Shown: positions 22,521-34,466, counted from the first letter of the stretch. The stretch is DNA of 64,000 nucleotides from Steroidobacteraceae bacterium (GCA_035603345.1 DATNKO010000057.1:7-64006), one strand, 5' to 3'. A program made the numbers and translations. Notes: generated by a model not told the origin, from the sequence alone.

Positions 22521-22523
22521 CCG

Positions 22524-23201
22524 CTAGTCGCGCGCCTCGGCGCTGATGCGCTCGCACAGGCTCGCGATCCACGCCTCGCACATCCTCACCGCCTCATCGG
22601 GACGGAAGGCGCTCGGCTGCAGGCACCATTGCAGCCATAGGCCGTCGAGGAGCGCCGTCAGGCCGATTGCCGCGCGGCGCAGCTCGCCGGCTGCCGCCGG
22701 CACGCCGCGGCGGACCCGGCGCCGCTTGCCGGCGCCCGCCTCCGCGAGCAGCTCCGCCAGCAGACCGCGCACCAAGCGGACGTAGTCCTGATGGGTCTCG
22801 TGCTGCACCCGCTGGATGGAGCGCGAGTGACGGTACATGCCCCAGAACACCACCCACACGGCGAGCGTGTCGGCATCGAGATTCGGCGCCGCGAAGGAGG
22901 CCTGGAGGAAGGCGCGCATGCGCGCCGGGGGAGATTCCGGCGCCTGCGCCACCGCGGCCTGCATGCCGCCGACGAGCTGCGCATTGAAGTGCCGGTAGGC
23001 GGCGGCGACCAGCTCGTTCTTGTTGGGGAAGTGGTGATTGATGAGGCCGACCGAGACGGCCGCCTGGGCGCTGATGGTGCGGATCGAGAGCCCGTCGTGA
23101 CCGAAGCGCTTCAGGCACTCGATGGTGGCTTCAATGAGCGCGAGGCGCCGCTCCGCCGGCAGCCGCCGCTTGAAACGCGGGGCGCGGCGCGGCGCGCTCA
23201 C
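22524..23201 (-). CDS. TetR-family transcriptional regulator (BetI-like HTH)
   Basis: GTG 23201 overlaps the upstream stop (GTGA). Has an HTH LSIRTISAQAAVSVGLINHHFPNKNEL. Confidence 0.8.
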   Translation of the reverse strand: MSAPRRAPRFKRRLPAERRLALIEATIECLKRFGHDGLSIRTISAQAAVSVGLINHHFPNKNELVAAAYRHFNAQLVGGMQAAVAQAPESPPARMRAFLQASFAAPNLDADTLAVWVVFWGMYRHSRSIQRVQHETHQDYVRLVRGLLAELLAEAGAGKRRRVRRGVPAAAGELRRAAIGLTALLDGLWLQWCLQPSAFRPDEAVRMCEAWIASLCERISAEARD

Positions 23202-24838
23202 GCCGCCCGCCGGCGCAGCCGCCCGCGGCGGAAGTCGGCGAGCACCTCGCGCGCCGCGTTGTGGCCCGGTGCCCCCGTTACGCCGCCTCCGGGATGGGTG
23301 CCCGCGCCGCACATGTAGAGTCCGACGAGCGGCCCGCGGTAGTTGCCGTAGCCGAGCATCGGCCGGGCGGAAAACAGCTGATCGAGGCTGAGCGCACCGT
23401 GGAAGATGTCGCCGCCCACCAGCCCGAAGGTGCGCTCGAGGTCGAGCGGGCTCATGATCTGGCGCCCGAGCACTGCCGCCTTGAAGTTCGGCGCGTAGCG
23501 GTTGACGGTCTCGATCATGAGATCGGCGACCGTGTCGCGGTGCGTGTCCCAGGACGCGCCATCCGGCAGCGTCGGCGCCACGTGCTGGCAGAACAGGCTC
23601 GCGACGTGCTGCCCGGGCGGAGCGAGCGAGTCGTCGAGGGTGGACGGGATCACCATCTCGACGATGGGAAAGCGCGACCAGCCGTAGGAGCGCGCGTCGA
23701 AGTAGGCCCGCTCCATGTAGCCGAGCGTCGGCGCGATGATGATGCCGGCGGTGTGGTGGTCGGCGCACTGCCGTCCCGGCAGGCAGGTGAAATCCGGCAG
23801 CTCGGCGAGCGCGACATTCATGCGGAACGTGCCCGAGCCGCAGCGCCAGTGACTGATCTGCTCGCGAAACTCCTCGGGCAGCGTTCCGGCGCCGAACAGC
23901 TTGAGGTAGAGGAGCTTCGGGTTGAGGTTGGAGATGACGGCCGCAGCGCGCAGCGTCTCGCCGGACTCGGTGACCGCCCCCACCGCACGCCCGCCCTCGA
24001 CCAGCACCTCGCGGACCGGCGTGCCGACGCGGATGACCGCCCCGCGCGCCGTGGCCGCGCGCGCCATCGCCTGGGTGATGGCGCCCATGCCGCCGATGGC
24101 GTGACCCCAGACCCCGCGCTTGCCGTTCACCTCGCCAAACACGTGGTGCAGCAGCACGTACGCCGAGCCCGGGGTGTAGGGGCTTGCGTAGTTGCCGACC
24201 ACGCCGTCGAAGCCGTACACGGCCTTGATCGGATCGCTCTCGAACCAGTTGTCGAGGTAGTCGCCGGCGGACATGGCAAAGAGCGCGAGCAGCTCGCGCC
24301 TGAGCGGCATGTCGAGCCGCCGCAGGCGGCCGCCGACTTTGGCGGCGCGCACCAGCTCCGGCAACGCCGTGCGCCAGCTGCCGGCCACCGCGTTCGGCGG
24401 CGTCGTCAGCACCATGTCGCGCAGCACGTCCGCGATCGCATCCAGCCGCTCGCCGTAGCCGGTGAGCCGCGCGGCATCGCGCGCCGAGAAGCGCGCCACC
24501 TCGCTTTGCGTCCGCCCGGGACCGGTGAGCAGATAGTCGCCGCCGTCGGTGGGCAGGAAGTTGGCGCAGCGCCGCTCGACCACGCGCAGTCCGTGCCCAT
24601 TGAGGTCGAGATCGGTGATCACCTTGGGATTGAGGAGCGAGACCGTGTAGGCGGCCACGGAGTTACGAAACCCCGGATGAAACTCCTCGGTGACCGCAGC
24701 CCCACCCACGACGTCGCGTCGCTCGAGCACCGTGACCGAGAGCCCGGCGCCGGCCAGGTACGCCGCGCACACCAGGCCGTTGTGCCCGCCGCCGATGATC
24801 AGCGCATCGCAGCGCGCGCCCGCGGCGCGCTCAGGCAC
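23198..24838 (-). CDS. phytoene-desaturase-family (CrtI-like) NAD(P)/FAD-dependent oxidoreductase
   Basis: 546 aa with an N-terminal DALIIGGGHNGLVCAAYLAGAGLSVTVLERRDVVGGAA and a C-terminal GAGTHPGGGVTG. Confidence 0.8.
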   Translation of the reverse strand: MPERAAGARCDALIIGGGHNGLVCAAYLAGAGLSVTVLERRDVVGGAAVTEEFHPGFRNSVAAYTVSLLNPKVITDLDLNGHGLRVVERRCANFLPTDGGDYLLTGPGRTQSEVARFSARDAARLTGYGERLDAIADVLRDMVLTTPPNAVAGSWRTALPELVRAAKVGGRLRRLDMPLRRELLALFAMSAGDYLDNWFESDPIKAVYGFDGVVGNYASPYTPGSAYVLLHHVFGEVNGKRGVWGHAIGGMGAITQAMARAATARGAVIRVGTPVREVLVEGGRAVGAVTESGETLRAAAVISNLNPKLLYLKLFGAGTLPEEFREQISHWRCGSGTFRMNVALAELPDFTCLPGRQCADHHTAGIIIAPTLGYMERAYFDARSYGWSRFPIVEMVIPSTLDDSLAPPGQHVASLFCQHVAPTLPDGASWDTHRDTVADLMIETVNRYAPNFKAAVLGRQIMSPLDLERTFGLVGGDIFHGALSLDQLFSARPMLGYGNYRGPLVGLYMCGAGTHPGGGVTGAPGHNAAREVLADFRRGRLRRRAA

Positions 24839-26006
24839 GGTTCCAGCCCCGCGCCGGCGGCTGCGGCAGGGCGCTCTCGGGAATGAGGCCGCGCATGCGG
24901 CGCGCGAAGCTGCGCAGGCACACCTCGCCGTGACTCAGCGGGCCCATGGTGTAGCTGCTCGAGGCCATGCCGGCTTGCACCCGCTCGATCAGCGCCTTGT
25001 CCTCGAGGCTCACGCGGCGGTTGATGCGCCAGTTGAGATAGCGCGCGGCGCGCATCTCGCGGCGAGTGTCCGGATGCACGTAGGCGATCTCGCGAATCAG
25101 CGTCTCGGTGGGCGAGACCGGCAGGAACTGCATGAAATCGATCTGGTCCGGATAGATGTCGAAGGCGACATTCGGCCAGAGCTTGAAGTAGGTCCACAGC
25201 CGCTGCCGCTCGGGCGGCAGCCCCGGCACCTCGGGCAACAGCCGCTGATAGAGGCGCTCGGACCAGTTGCTCGAGGGCACATCGCGCAGCTGTCCCCACA
25301 TCTTGTCGATCCAGGGCTGCGCCTCGATGCCGTAGCCGCGGCCGAACAGGCGCGTGAGCCCGGGGTGCGCCACGTTGATGTGCAGGCCATCGGAGTAGTT
25401 GTCGGCGACGTTCTTCCAGTTGACGGGCCGCGGGCGCAGCGACACCCGCCCCTGCGGCACCAGCTCCTCGAAGCGGTAGGCGGCGAGCTCGTGCGCGTAG
25501 GGCGCGGCCATCTCGCGCACGCTCGGCAGTCCCGGCGCCAGGCGCACGAAGATGAAGCCCATGAAGATCTCGTGCTCGAGGGGCACCAGCCCGTGGCGCG
25601 CGGTGTCGAGCCCCGGGAAGGCATCGCGGCCCGGCACGCTCACCAGGCGGCCGTCGAGCGCGTACGTCCAGGCGTGGTACGGGCAGGTGATGCGCCGGCC
25701 GCAGTGCCCGCGCGGGCCGTCGAGCAGCCGGGAGGCGCGGTGCCGGCAGACGTTGTTGAAGGCGCGCACCGCCCCGTTCCCATCGCGCAGCACCACCACC
25801 GATTCGCCGAGGAACTCGAAAGTGTGGAAGTCCCCGGGTCGCGGCACGTCGCTGGTGTGACACACCACCTGCCAGCTGCTGCGGAACACCGCCTGACGTT
25901 CGCGCTCGAAAAATTCCGCATCGCGGTATATCCAGGCGGGTAAGCTCAGATTATCCGCAGCGGCGGGGGCCACCGGGTCGACTCGTTGCAGGGGCGTGGG
26001 CTTCAT
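24831..26006 (-). CDS. Rieske [2Fe-2S] non-haem-iron oxygenase, alpha-subunit type
   Basis: Starts at ATG 26006. Has the Rieske motif CRHRASRL...CPYHAW and overlaps the next gene by 8 nt. Confidence 0.85.
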   Translation of the reverse strand: MKPTPLQRVDPVAPAAADNLSLPAWIYRDAEFFERERQAVFRSSWQVVCHTSDVPRPGDFHTFEFLGESVVVLRDGNGAVRAFNNVCRHRASRLLDGPRGHCGRRITCPYHAWTYALDGRLVSVPGRDAFPGLDTARHGLVPLEHEIFMGFIFVRLAPGLPSVREMAAPYAHELAAYRFEELVPQGRVSLRPRPVNWKNVADNYSDGLHINVAHPGLTRLFGRGYGIEAQPWIDKMWGQLRDVPSSNWSERLYQRLLPEVPGLPPERQRLWTYFKLWPNVAFDIYPDQIDFMQFLPVSPTETLIREIAYVHPDTRREMRAARYLNWRINRRVSLEDKALIERVQAGMASSSYTMGPLSHGEVCLRSFARRMRGLIPESALPQPPARGWNRA

Positions 26007-26060
26007 GGGGAGTGCGCCTGGCTGATGAGGGCGACGCGCATCGCGGCGCGTCCGCACGCT

Positions 26061-26078
26061 GTTGAACGATCGTACAAC
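26061..26078. promoter_or_regulatory. candidate TetR/BetI-type operator palindrome
   Basis: GTTGAACGATCGTACAAC is an 18-bp palindrome with 2 mismatches. It lies 55-72 nt upstream of the Rieske ATG, in the divergent intergenic region. Confidence 0.35.
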
Positions 26079-26138
26079 AAGACGAGCAGCCCCCGCAAGA
26101 TCGGCCCCCCTCCCCGCCACCAACCTGAGGTCTGTGGA

Positions 26139-26594
26139 ATGGATATCGCGCATCTGGTCCAGTCGTCGCTCGCGCCGGTATTCCTGCTGTCGGGAATCGC
26201 CGCCACGCTCGGCGTGCTGACCGGTCGTCTCGCGCGAGCGGTGGATCGCGCTCGCCGGCTCGAGGAGCAGCTGACGGCGCATCCGGGCAGCCAGGAGGCG
26301 CTGCGGGCGGATCTCGCCGTGCTGGCGCGCCGCGCCCGCTACATCAACGCCGCGATCTCGCTGTGCGCCATCGCCGCACTGCTGGTGGCGCTGGTGGTGG
26401 TCGGACTGTTCGCCAACGCCTTTACCGGGATCCGGCTCGAGGGCACGATCGCGCTGCTGTTCGTCGGCGCGATGGTGTGTCTGTCGGCGGCCTTCATCGC
26501 GTTCTTCATCGAGGTGCGGGTGGCGATCGGCGCGCTGCGCATCGGGCTGCACCACCTGCCCAAAGGCCCTTCCGCTTCCAAATCAGATAGTTAA
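26139..26594 (+). CDS. membrane protein (DUF2721-like)
   Basis: From ATG 26139: MDIAHLVQSSLAPVFLLSGIAATLGVL..RLARAVDRARRLEE, plus two further TM helices. Confidence 0.6.
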   Translation: MDIAHLVQSSLAPVFLLSGIAATLGVLTGRLARAVDRARRLEEQLTAHPGSQEALRADLAVLARRARYINAAISLCAIAALLVALVVVGLFANAFTGIRLEGTIALLFVGAMVCLSAAFIAFFIEVRVAIGALRIGLHHLPKGPSASKSDS

Positions 26595-26704
26595 CGACGT
26601 CTTCGACACCGGTTCGAGCGTTCTGCTACCCTGCGCACCCTTTTTCAGGGCCGCTTCAGCGGACGCGGGGAGCTTCGGCACCCGCGCCTGCCTGGGCGCA
26701 CCTC

Positions 26705-28531
<1,827 letters not shown>

Positions 28532-28546
28532 GCTCGGCCTCCTTCC

Positions 28547-29143
28547 TCAAGTCTCAGGGTCGGGCATGCCTATGAAGCGCAGGAACTCCGCGCGGGTGCG
28601 CGCGTCGCTCCTGAAGGTGCCGGTCATGCGGCTGGTGATCATCGACACGCCGCGCTTGTGCACACCGCGGGTGGTCATGCACTCGTGCACGGCGTCGATG
28701 ACCACGCCCACGCCGCGCGGCTTGAGCACCTCGGTGATGCAGTCGGCGATCTGCGCGGTGAGTTTCTCCTGTACCTGGAAGCGCCGCGCGTAGCCGTCGA
28801 CCACGCGCGCGAGCTTGCTGATGCCGACCACCTTGTCGCCGGGCAGATAGCCGATGTACACCCGCCCGATGATGGGCGCCATGTGATGCTCACAGTGCGA
28901 CTCGAAGGAGATGTCGCGCAGCACGATCATCTCGTCGTAACCGCCGACTTCCTCGAAGGTGCGCCGCAGGTACGCCGCCGGATCGATCCGGTAGCCCGAG
29001 AACCAGTCGTGGTAGGCGTCCAGCACGCGCTGCGGCGTGTCGCGCAGTCCCTCGCGCCGCGGGTCTTCCCCGGCCCAGGTCAGCAGAGTGCGCACCGCGG
29101 CTTCCGCGGCGCGACGTGAGACCTTAGATCGCGCTCCGGCCAT
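28547..29143 (-). CDS. folE: GTP cyclohydrolase I (type 1)
   Basis: 198 aa with GLRDTPQRV and [12 protein letters not shown] motifs. Confidence 0.95.
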   Translation of the reverse strand: MAGARSKVSRRAAEAAVRTLLTWAGEDPRREGLRDTPQRVLDAYHDWFSGYRIDPAAYLRRTFEEVGGYDEMIVLRDISFESHCEHHMAPIIGRVYIGYLPGDKVVGISKLARVVDGYARRFQVQEKLTAQIADCITEVLKPRGVGVVIDAVHECMTTRGVHKRGVSMITSRMTGTFRSDARTRAEFLRFIGMPDPET

Positions 29144-29196
29144 GCATATCCTCTCTGTCGGGTCGCCCGCCAGCTACTCGGGTCCCGCGCAGTGTA

Positions 29197-30327
29197 TCAG
29201 TGAGCGAAGTGCATCAGCCCGAGAGTGACCAGCAGGCTGCAGGCGCCGACCAGCGTCGCCACCGCGAGGCCGGCGGCGAGCGGCCGCCAGCCGATACGCC
29301 ACATGTCGGCAAAGGCCACCGACAGTCCGACCGCGGTCATGCCGCAGGTGAGGAACAGGTCGGATGCGCTGTAGCCGGTGTTGACCACGGCCTGCCACAG
29401 CGGGCTCGAGTGCAGCAGGGCATCGCCGGCGGTACGCACCACGATGAAGCCGACGAAAGCGAGCACGAACAGCGGCACCAGCCGCGGGTGCGGCGCGAGC
29501 CCGTGCGGGTGCGCGCCGTGCGCGTCGCTCTCGTGCGCCTCAGCGACGGCATTGCGGCGCGCGAACCACGCGGCGGCGGGAATCAACACCGCGATCGAGA
29601 GGTTGCGCAGCAGCTTGGCGACGCTCGCCGCCGCCAGCGCCACCGGCGCATGCGCCTGCTGCGAGTACATGAGCGCCGCGCCGATCACCTGCGAGGTATC
29701 GTGGATGGCCGTGCCGAGAAAGATGCCGGCGTGCACGGGCGAGGCCGCGAAGAAATGTCCCGCCAGCCACGGGTAGCACAGCATCGCCGCACAGCCGAAC
29801 AGCACGACGCAGGTCACCGCAAACGCCGTCTCAGCGTGACGCGCGCGGATCACCGGCGATATGGCGACCACCGCCGTACACCCGCAGACCGCCGTGCCGA
29901 TCGCGAGCAGCATTCCGAGGCGCCGCGGCACGCCGAGCAGCCGCGCGATGCCGATGCCGGCCAGCAGGGCGACGGTCAGACAGCTGAGCGCCACTGGCAG
30001 TGCGGTCGCGGCGATCGAGGTCGCGCCTGCGAGGGTAAGGCGCAGTCCCACGAGCGCGATGCCGGTACGCAGCAGCTGGTGCATCGCCCAGCGCAGGCCG
30101 CTCACCGCCCAAGCCGGAACGCCCAGGGTGTTGCGCCAGAGCATGCCGAGGACCACGGCGCACATCACCGGGCTCAGCGGGAATGGGGGCAGTCCCGCGG
30201 CGCCGTGGGCCAGCACCGCGGCGACGCCGCGGGCGGCGAACGCGAGCGCGATGGCAACGGCGACGCCGGGCGCGGCCTGCCGCAGCGGGGCCCAGAGGGG
30301 AAGAAAGGCCCGCGGCGCGCCCGGCAC
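29197..30327 (-). CDS. YeiH/UPF0324-family membrane protein (putative sulfate exporter family)
   Basis: A polytopic protein, collinear with E. coli YeiH blocks (LLRTGIALVGLRLT, IGTAVCGCTAVVA, GTAIHDTSQVIGAA). Confidence 0.7.
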   Translation of the reverse strand: MPGAPRAFLPLWAPLRQAAPGVAVAIALAFAARGVAAVLAHGAAGLPPFPLSPVMCAVVLGMLWRNTLGVPAWAVSGLRWAMHQLLRTGIALVGLRLTLAGATSIAATALPVALSCLTVALLAGIGIARLLGVPRRLGMLLAIGTAVCGCTAVVAISPVIRARHAETAFAVTCVVLFGCAAMLCYPWLAGHFFAASPVHAGIFLGTAIHDTSQVIGAALMYSQQAHAPVALAAASVAKLLRNLSIAVLIPAAAWFARRNAVAEAHESDAHGAHPHGLAPHPRLVPLFVLAFVGFIVVRTAGDALLHSSPLWQAVVNTGYSASDLFLTCGMTAVGLSVAFADMWRIGWRPLAAGLAVATLVGACSLLVTLGLMHFAH

Positions 30328-30332
30328 GGGGT

Positions 30333-30584
30333 TCAGGAAGTCAGGCGCTCGTTGCCCGCGATCGGCTGCGGCTGCGCGCGGCGGCCGGTGATCATGCGTT
30401 CGTTGAGCTCGGCAATCGCACGGCTGCCGGTATGCACGAAGAGGAAGGGCAGCACGGCGTGCGCCAGGCAGGCGAGCCCGGCGGCGATCATCCGCAGTCC
30501 GAAACAGGCGGCATGCCCCATGTGCTCGGTGTAGGTCTCGCCGACCGAGGCGGGATGCTCACTGAAGGCGCGGATCGGGTCCAC
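30333..30584 (-). CDS. small membrane protein of unknown function
   Basis: 83 aa with one or two hydrophobic helices. Its stop lies 5 nt upstream of the yeiH-like start. Confidence 0.4.
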   Translation of the reverse strand: MDPIRAFSEHPASVGETYTEHMGHAACFGLRMIAAGLACLAHAVLPFLFVHTGSRAIAELNERMITGRRAQPQPIAGNERLTS

Positions 30585-30694
30585 GGGTCCATCCTACCGA
30601 GCCTGCCCGGCTACGCGGTTGCAAAGGTATGGCAAACGCCCTCCCCTTGAGCAACAATGTTGCGCGTCAGGCCATTTAGTTGAGATTTTGTTCC

Positions 30695-31162
30695 ATGGAC
30701 AAGCTGGACGCCAGAATCCTGGAGCTGCTGCAGGGCAACGGCGAGCTGACCGCGGCCGAGGTCGCCGACCGCGTCGGCCTTTCCAAGGCCCCGTGCTGGC
30801 GCCGCATTCAGAAGCTGCAGAACGAAGGGGTGATCCGCCGGACGGTGGCGCTGCTCGATGCGCATGCGCTCAATGTCAGCACAACGGTGTTCGTGACCAT
30901 CAAGACCGCGAACCACAGCGAGGCATGGTTCGCGAAGTTCGTGGGGGCGGTGCGCGACATCCCGGAGGTCACCGAGATTCACCGCATGAGCGGCGACGTC
31001 GACTACCTGATCCGGATCGTGGTGCCCGATATCGACGCCTACGACGCGGTCTACAAGCGCCTGATCGCGGCGGTGGACTTCCTCGATGTGAGTGCCAGCT
31101 TCGCGCTCGAGACCATCAAGTCGACCACCGCGCTGCCGCTGTGCTACCTGAAGCTCGAGTAG
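30695..31162 (+). CDS. Lrp/AsnC-family transcriptional regulator
   Basis: MDKLDARILELLQGNGELTAAEVADRVGLSKAPCWRRIQKLQNEGVI plus a C-terminal RAM/AsnC domain. Confidence 0.9.
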   Translation: MDKLDARILELLQGNGELTAAEVADRVGLSKAPCWRRIQKLQNEGVIRRTVALLDAHALNVSTTVFVTIKTANHSEAWFAKFVGAVRDIPEVTEIHRMSGDVDYLIRIVVPDIDAYDAVYKRLIAAVDFLDVSASFALETIKSTTALPLCYLKLE

Positions 31163-31196
31163 ACGCCTCGAGTGAGGCTCGAGCAGGCCGCGCCCT

Positions 31197-32417
31197 TCAC
31201 TTGCCTTGCGGACCGCGCGTCGCCGCGACCGGCGGCGCGACCGGAGCGGCACTGTTCTCGCGGACGATCTCGGCAATGCGCTTACCAATCGCGCCGAGGT
31301 CGGTGTCGTAGGCGCTGGTGGTCAGCACCGGCTCGCGGCGCGGAGCGGGCGCGAGCTGACTGCCGGAGGCGTCGTGCACGTCCACCGTCACGTGCATCGA
31401 CAGCCCGATCCGCAGCGGATGCTCGGCGAGCTCGCTCGGCTCCATTGCGATGCGCACCGCCAGGCGCTGCACCACCTTGATCCAGTTGCCGGTGGCATTC
31501 TGCGCCGGCAGCAGCGCGAAGGCGGCGCCGGTTCCCATCCCGAGCCCCTCGACGCGACCGTGGTACTTCACGCGGCCGCCGTAGAGATCCGCGGTCACCT
31601 CGACCGGCTGTCCGATGCGCATGTTACGCAGCTGCACTTCCTTGAAGTTGGCGTCGATCCACACGTGCTCGAGCGGCACGATGCTCATGAGCGGGTTGCC
31701 GGGCGAGATACGCTCGCCGAGCTCGGTGCCGCGGCGCGCGACGTAGCCGCTCACGGGTGAGCGCACGGTGGTGCGCTGCAGATTGAGCCAGGCGCGCTCC
31801 ACCTGGGTGGCGGCGGCCTGCACGTCAGGGTTGTCGGCGACCCCGGTGCGCCCGACCAGCGCGACGCTGGCCGCGAGGTTCTTCTGCGCCGCGGTCAGCG
31901 CATCGCGCGCGGCATTTACCGCATCACGGGCGTGCCCGAGCTCCTCGCCCGAGACCGCGCCGCTCGCGGCGAGGTTCTTGCGGCGGCTGAAATCGGCGAG
32001 CGCGCGATCGAGATCCGCCCGCCGCTCCAGGACCAGGGCGCGCAGCTGATCGCGGTTGGCGAATACTGTATGCACCTGGCGCACCGTGCGCGCGAGCTGC
32101 TGCTCGGCGTCCTGGAGCGCGATGCGCGTATCCGTCGGATCGAGCTTCACCAGCTCCTCGCCGGCGAGCACGCGATCGTTCTCGTCGGCGCCGATGCTGA
32201 TCACGGTGCCGCTCACCTGCGACATGACGTTGGCGAGGTCGCCGGCGACATAGGCATCGTCGGTGCCCTCGTAGCGGCTCGCGTACAGCCACCACCACGC
32301 CGTGACCAGCAGTGCCACGACGACCACGCCCGCGGTCAACGCGATCAGCCAGGTGCGCCGGCGCTGCTGCAGGCGCGTGTCGGGCGTAGTGGCGGCGTTG
32401 GTTGCGGGAGCGTCCAT
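31197..32417 (-). CDS. HlyD/EmrA-type membrane fusion protein
   Basis: 406 aa with an N-terminal TM helix, coiled-coil and lipoyl/beta-barrel segments. Has the YVAGDLANVMSQVSGTV motif. Confidence 0.85.
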   Translation of the reverse strand: MDAPATNAATTPDTRLQQRRRTWLIALTAGVVVVALLVTAWWWLYASRYEGTDDAYVAGDLANVMSQVSGTVISIGADENDRVLAGEELVKLDPTDTRIALQDAEQQLARTVRQVHTVFANRDQLRALVLERRADLDRALADFSRRKNLAASGAVSGEELGHARDAVNAARDALTAAQKNLAASVALVGRTGVADNPDVQAAATQVERAWLNLQRTTVRSPVSGYVARRGTELGERISPGNPLMSIVPLEHVWIDANFKEVQLRNMRIGQPVEVTADLYGGRVKYHGRVEGLGMGTGAAFALLPAQNATGNWIKVVQRLAVRIAMEPSELAEHPLRIGLSMHVTVDVHDASGSQLAPAPRREPVLTTSAYDTDLGAIGKRIAEIVRENSAAPVAPPVAATRGPQGK

Positions 32418-32455
32418 GGGGCCGTGGGGCGTGCCGGGATCGGGCGCGCTTGCCT

Positions 32456-33907
32456 TCAGCTGCGCGGCGCGAGCGCGGGGTAGCCGCCGCCGAGCGCGCG
32501 CACCAGGTCGACGCTGAAGGTGAGGCGGCGAGCCTCGAGCTCGGCGCGCAACCCTTCCGCGACGAACACCTGGTTCTCGCTCGACAGCACGCTCAGATAG
32601 TTATCGAGGCCGGCGCGGTAGCGGTCGGTCGTCAGATCGTAGGAGCGCTGCGCATCATCGAGCGCGGTCTGCTGCTCGATGGTCTCGCGCTCGAGCGCGC
32701 GCCAGTTGGCCACCACATCCGCCACCTCGCGCACCGCATCGAGGAGCGTCTGGTTGTATTCCCCGACCGACTGGTCGAGCTGCGCCTGCTGCACGTAGAG
32801 AGCGCCCTTGATGGCGTCGCGGTTGAACACCGGGAGCGAGAATGCCGGTCCGCCGCCGAACACGCGGTCCGGCGCGTCGAACAGCGTCGACAGGCCGAAG
32901 CTCTGGAATCCGGCGAATGCCGTCAGGTTCACGTTGGGATAGAAATCCGCCTCCGCCGCCTTCACGCCGTGCGCGGCGGACTCGACCTGGGCGCGCGCCG
33001 CGACGATATCCGGCCGCCGTCCGAGGAGCTCCGCCGGCAGCACCGCAGGCAGGGCGACGCCGGAGGGTGCGACCAGCTTCGGACGCGTCAGCGCCAGTCC
33101 CCGGTCCGGTCCCGCGCCGACGAGATCCGCCAGCTGATGGCGCGCGAGGTCAACGTTCCCTTGCACGTAGGCCGCGCCGGCGCGAATCAGCGCCAGCTGC
33201 CCCTCGGACTGCTTGACGCGCGCGACGTTCTCGAGCCCCGCACCGACTCGCTGCTGCGTCAGGTCGAGGATGGTCTGCTGCTGCTTGAGGTTGTCGTTGG
33301 CGACGTCGAGGAGCGCGTACTGCAGGTCGAGCTGGATGTAGGCCTCGACCACCGCAACGGCGAGTGCGAGCTGCGCGGCGGCGCGGTTCGCCTGCGCCGC
33401 CTCGACGCCCGAGCGCGCGGCCTCGGAGAGCGCGCGATTGTGACCCCAGAAGTCGAGGTCATAGCTGAAGTCGAGCTGCGCCTGCCCCTGGTTCCAGTAG
33501 CTGCCGCCGAGGGGCGGCGGATACAGCTGATCCTCGGGGAAGCGCTGCCGGGTGAGGTTCGCGTCGGCGGACACGGCCGGCAGCCGCGCGGCGTGCGCCG
33601 CGAGTACCTGGCCCTGCGCGGCGCGCAGCCGCGCCTCGGCGATCTCGAGCGAAGGACTGCCGGCCAGCGCCTCGGCGACCAGCGCATCGAGCTGCGGATC
33701 GCCGTAGCTGTGCCACCAGCCGTCGCGCGGCCAGGCGCTCGGATCGACCGGTGCGCCGCTGAGCGCGCGATCGGCGGTCAGCGCCTCGGGCGCGAGCTTT
33801 GGGGCCGGTTTCCAGTTACCGCTGTCGACGCAGCCGGCGAGCAGTACCGCCAGCGTGGTCACGGCGAGCGGGATCGATTTCGGAAATGGGGAACTGCGAG
33901 TGTTCAT
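32456..33907 (-). CDS. NodT/OprM-family outer-membrane efflux lipoprotein
   Basis: Has a lipobox LLAGC and duplicated OEP repeats. Its ATG overlaps the marR stop (ATGA). Confidence 0.85.
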   Translation of the reverse strand: MNTRSSPFPKSIPLAVTTLAVLLAGCVDSGNWKPAPKLAPEALTADRALSGAPVDPSAWPRDGWWHSYGDPQLDALVAEALAGSPSLEIAEARLRAAQGQVLAAHAARLPAVSADANLTRQRFPEDQLYPPPLGGSYWNQGQAQLDFSYDLDFWGHNRALSEAARSGVEAAQANRAAAQLALAVAVVEAYIQLDLQYALLDVANDNLKQQQTILDLTQQRVGAGLENVARVKQSEGQLALIRAGAAYVQGNVDLARHQLADLVGAGPDRGLALTRPKLVAPSGVALPAVLPAELLGRRPDIVAARAQVESAAHGVKAAEADFYPNVNLTAFAGFQSFGLSTLFDAPDRVFGGGPAFSLPVFNRDAIKGALYVQQAQLDQSVGEYNQTLLDAVREVADVVANWRALERETIEQQTALDDAQRSYDLTTDRYRAGLDNYLSVLSSENQVFVAEGLRAELEARRLTFSVDLVRALGGGYPALAPRS

Positions 33908-34434
33908 GGCTTGCGCCCATGCGGTAGTGAGTCCCCCGGGGTGATTTTCCTGTTCTTCAGCTCGCCGTTGTCGATCATCCGGCCGAGGTAGCGTTTGAGG
34001 GTCTCGACCTCGGCGGCGCTGAAGCCCGCCAGCATGTCATCGAGCACGCGTGTGCCGATGGCCCGCAGCCGCGGCAGCTGCGCACGTCCGGCGGGCGCGA
34101 CGCGCAGGAACACCACGCGGCGGTCCTCGCGGCAGCGCTCGCGGCGCAGCAGCCCCTTCTCCTCGAGATGATCGACGATGCGCGTCATCGAGCCGGTGTC
34201 GTAGTACAGCACGCGGCACAGATCCGCCGCGGTCCGGGCCACCCCGTCTGCCAGGTACTTGAGCGCCGCGTATTGCATGGCGTTGAGCCCGAAGGGCGTG
34301 AGCTGCGCATCGAGCCCCGAGAGGAGCGAGGCGCGGGCGCGCCCGAGCAGATGGCCGACGCTCAGTCCTCCTTCCGGGGGATGCGCTGCGGCATGCAGCT
34401 CGGCTTTGATGGTGCTGCGGCGGACGGCGGACAT
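33904..34434 (-). CDS. MarR-family transcriptional regulator
   Basis: Has a winged HTH (LNAMQYAALKYLADG...DTGSMTRIVDHLEEKGLLRRER). ATG 34434 is preferred over TTG 34467. Confidence 0.8.
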   Translation of the reverse strand: MSAVRRSTIKAELHAAAHPPEGGLSVGHLLGRARASLLSGLDAQLTPFGLNAMQYAALKYLADGVARTAADLCRVLYYDTGSMTRIVDHLEEKGLLRRERCREDRRVVFLRVAPAGRAQLPRLRAIGTRVLDDMLAGFSAAEVETLKRYLGRMIDNGELKNRKITPGDSLPHGRKP

Positions 34435-34466
34435 GGCGTGACTCGCGCTGCGGGCGGTTCCGTGCA

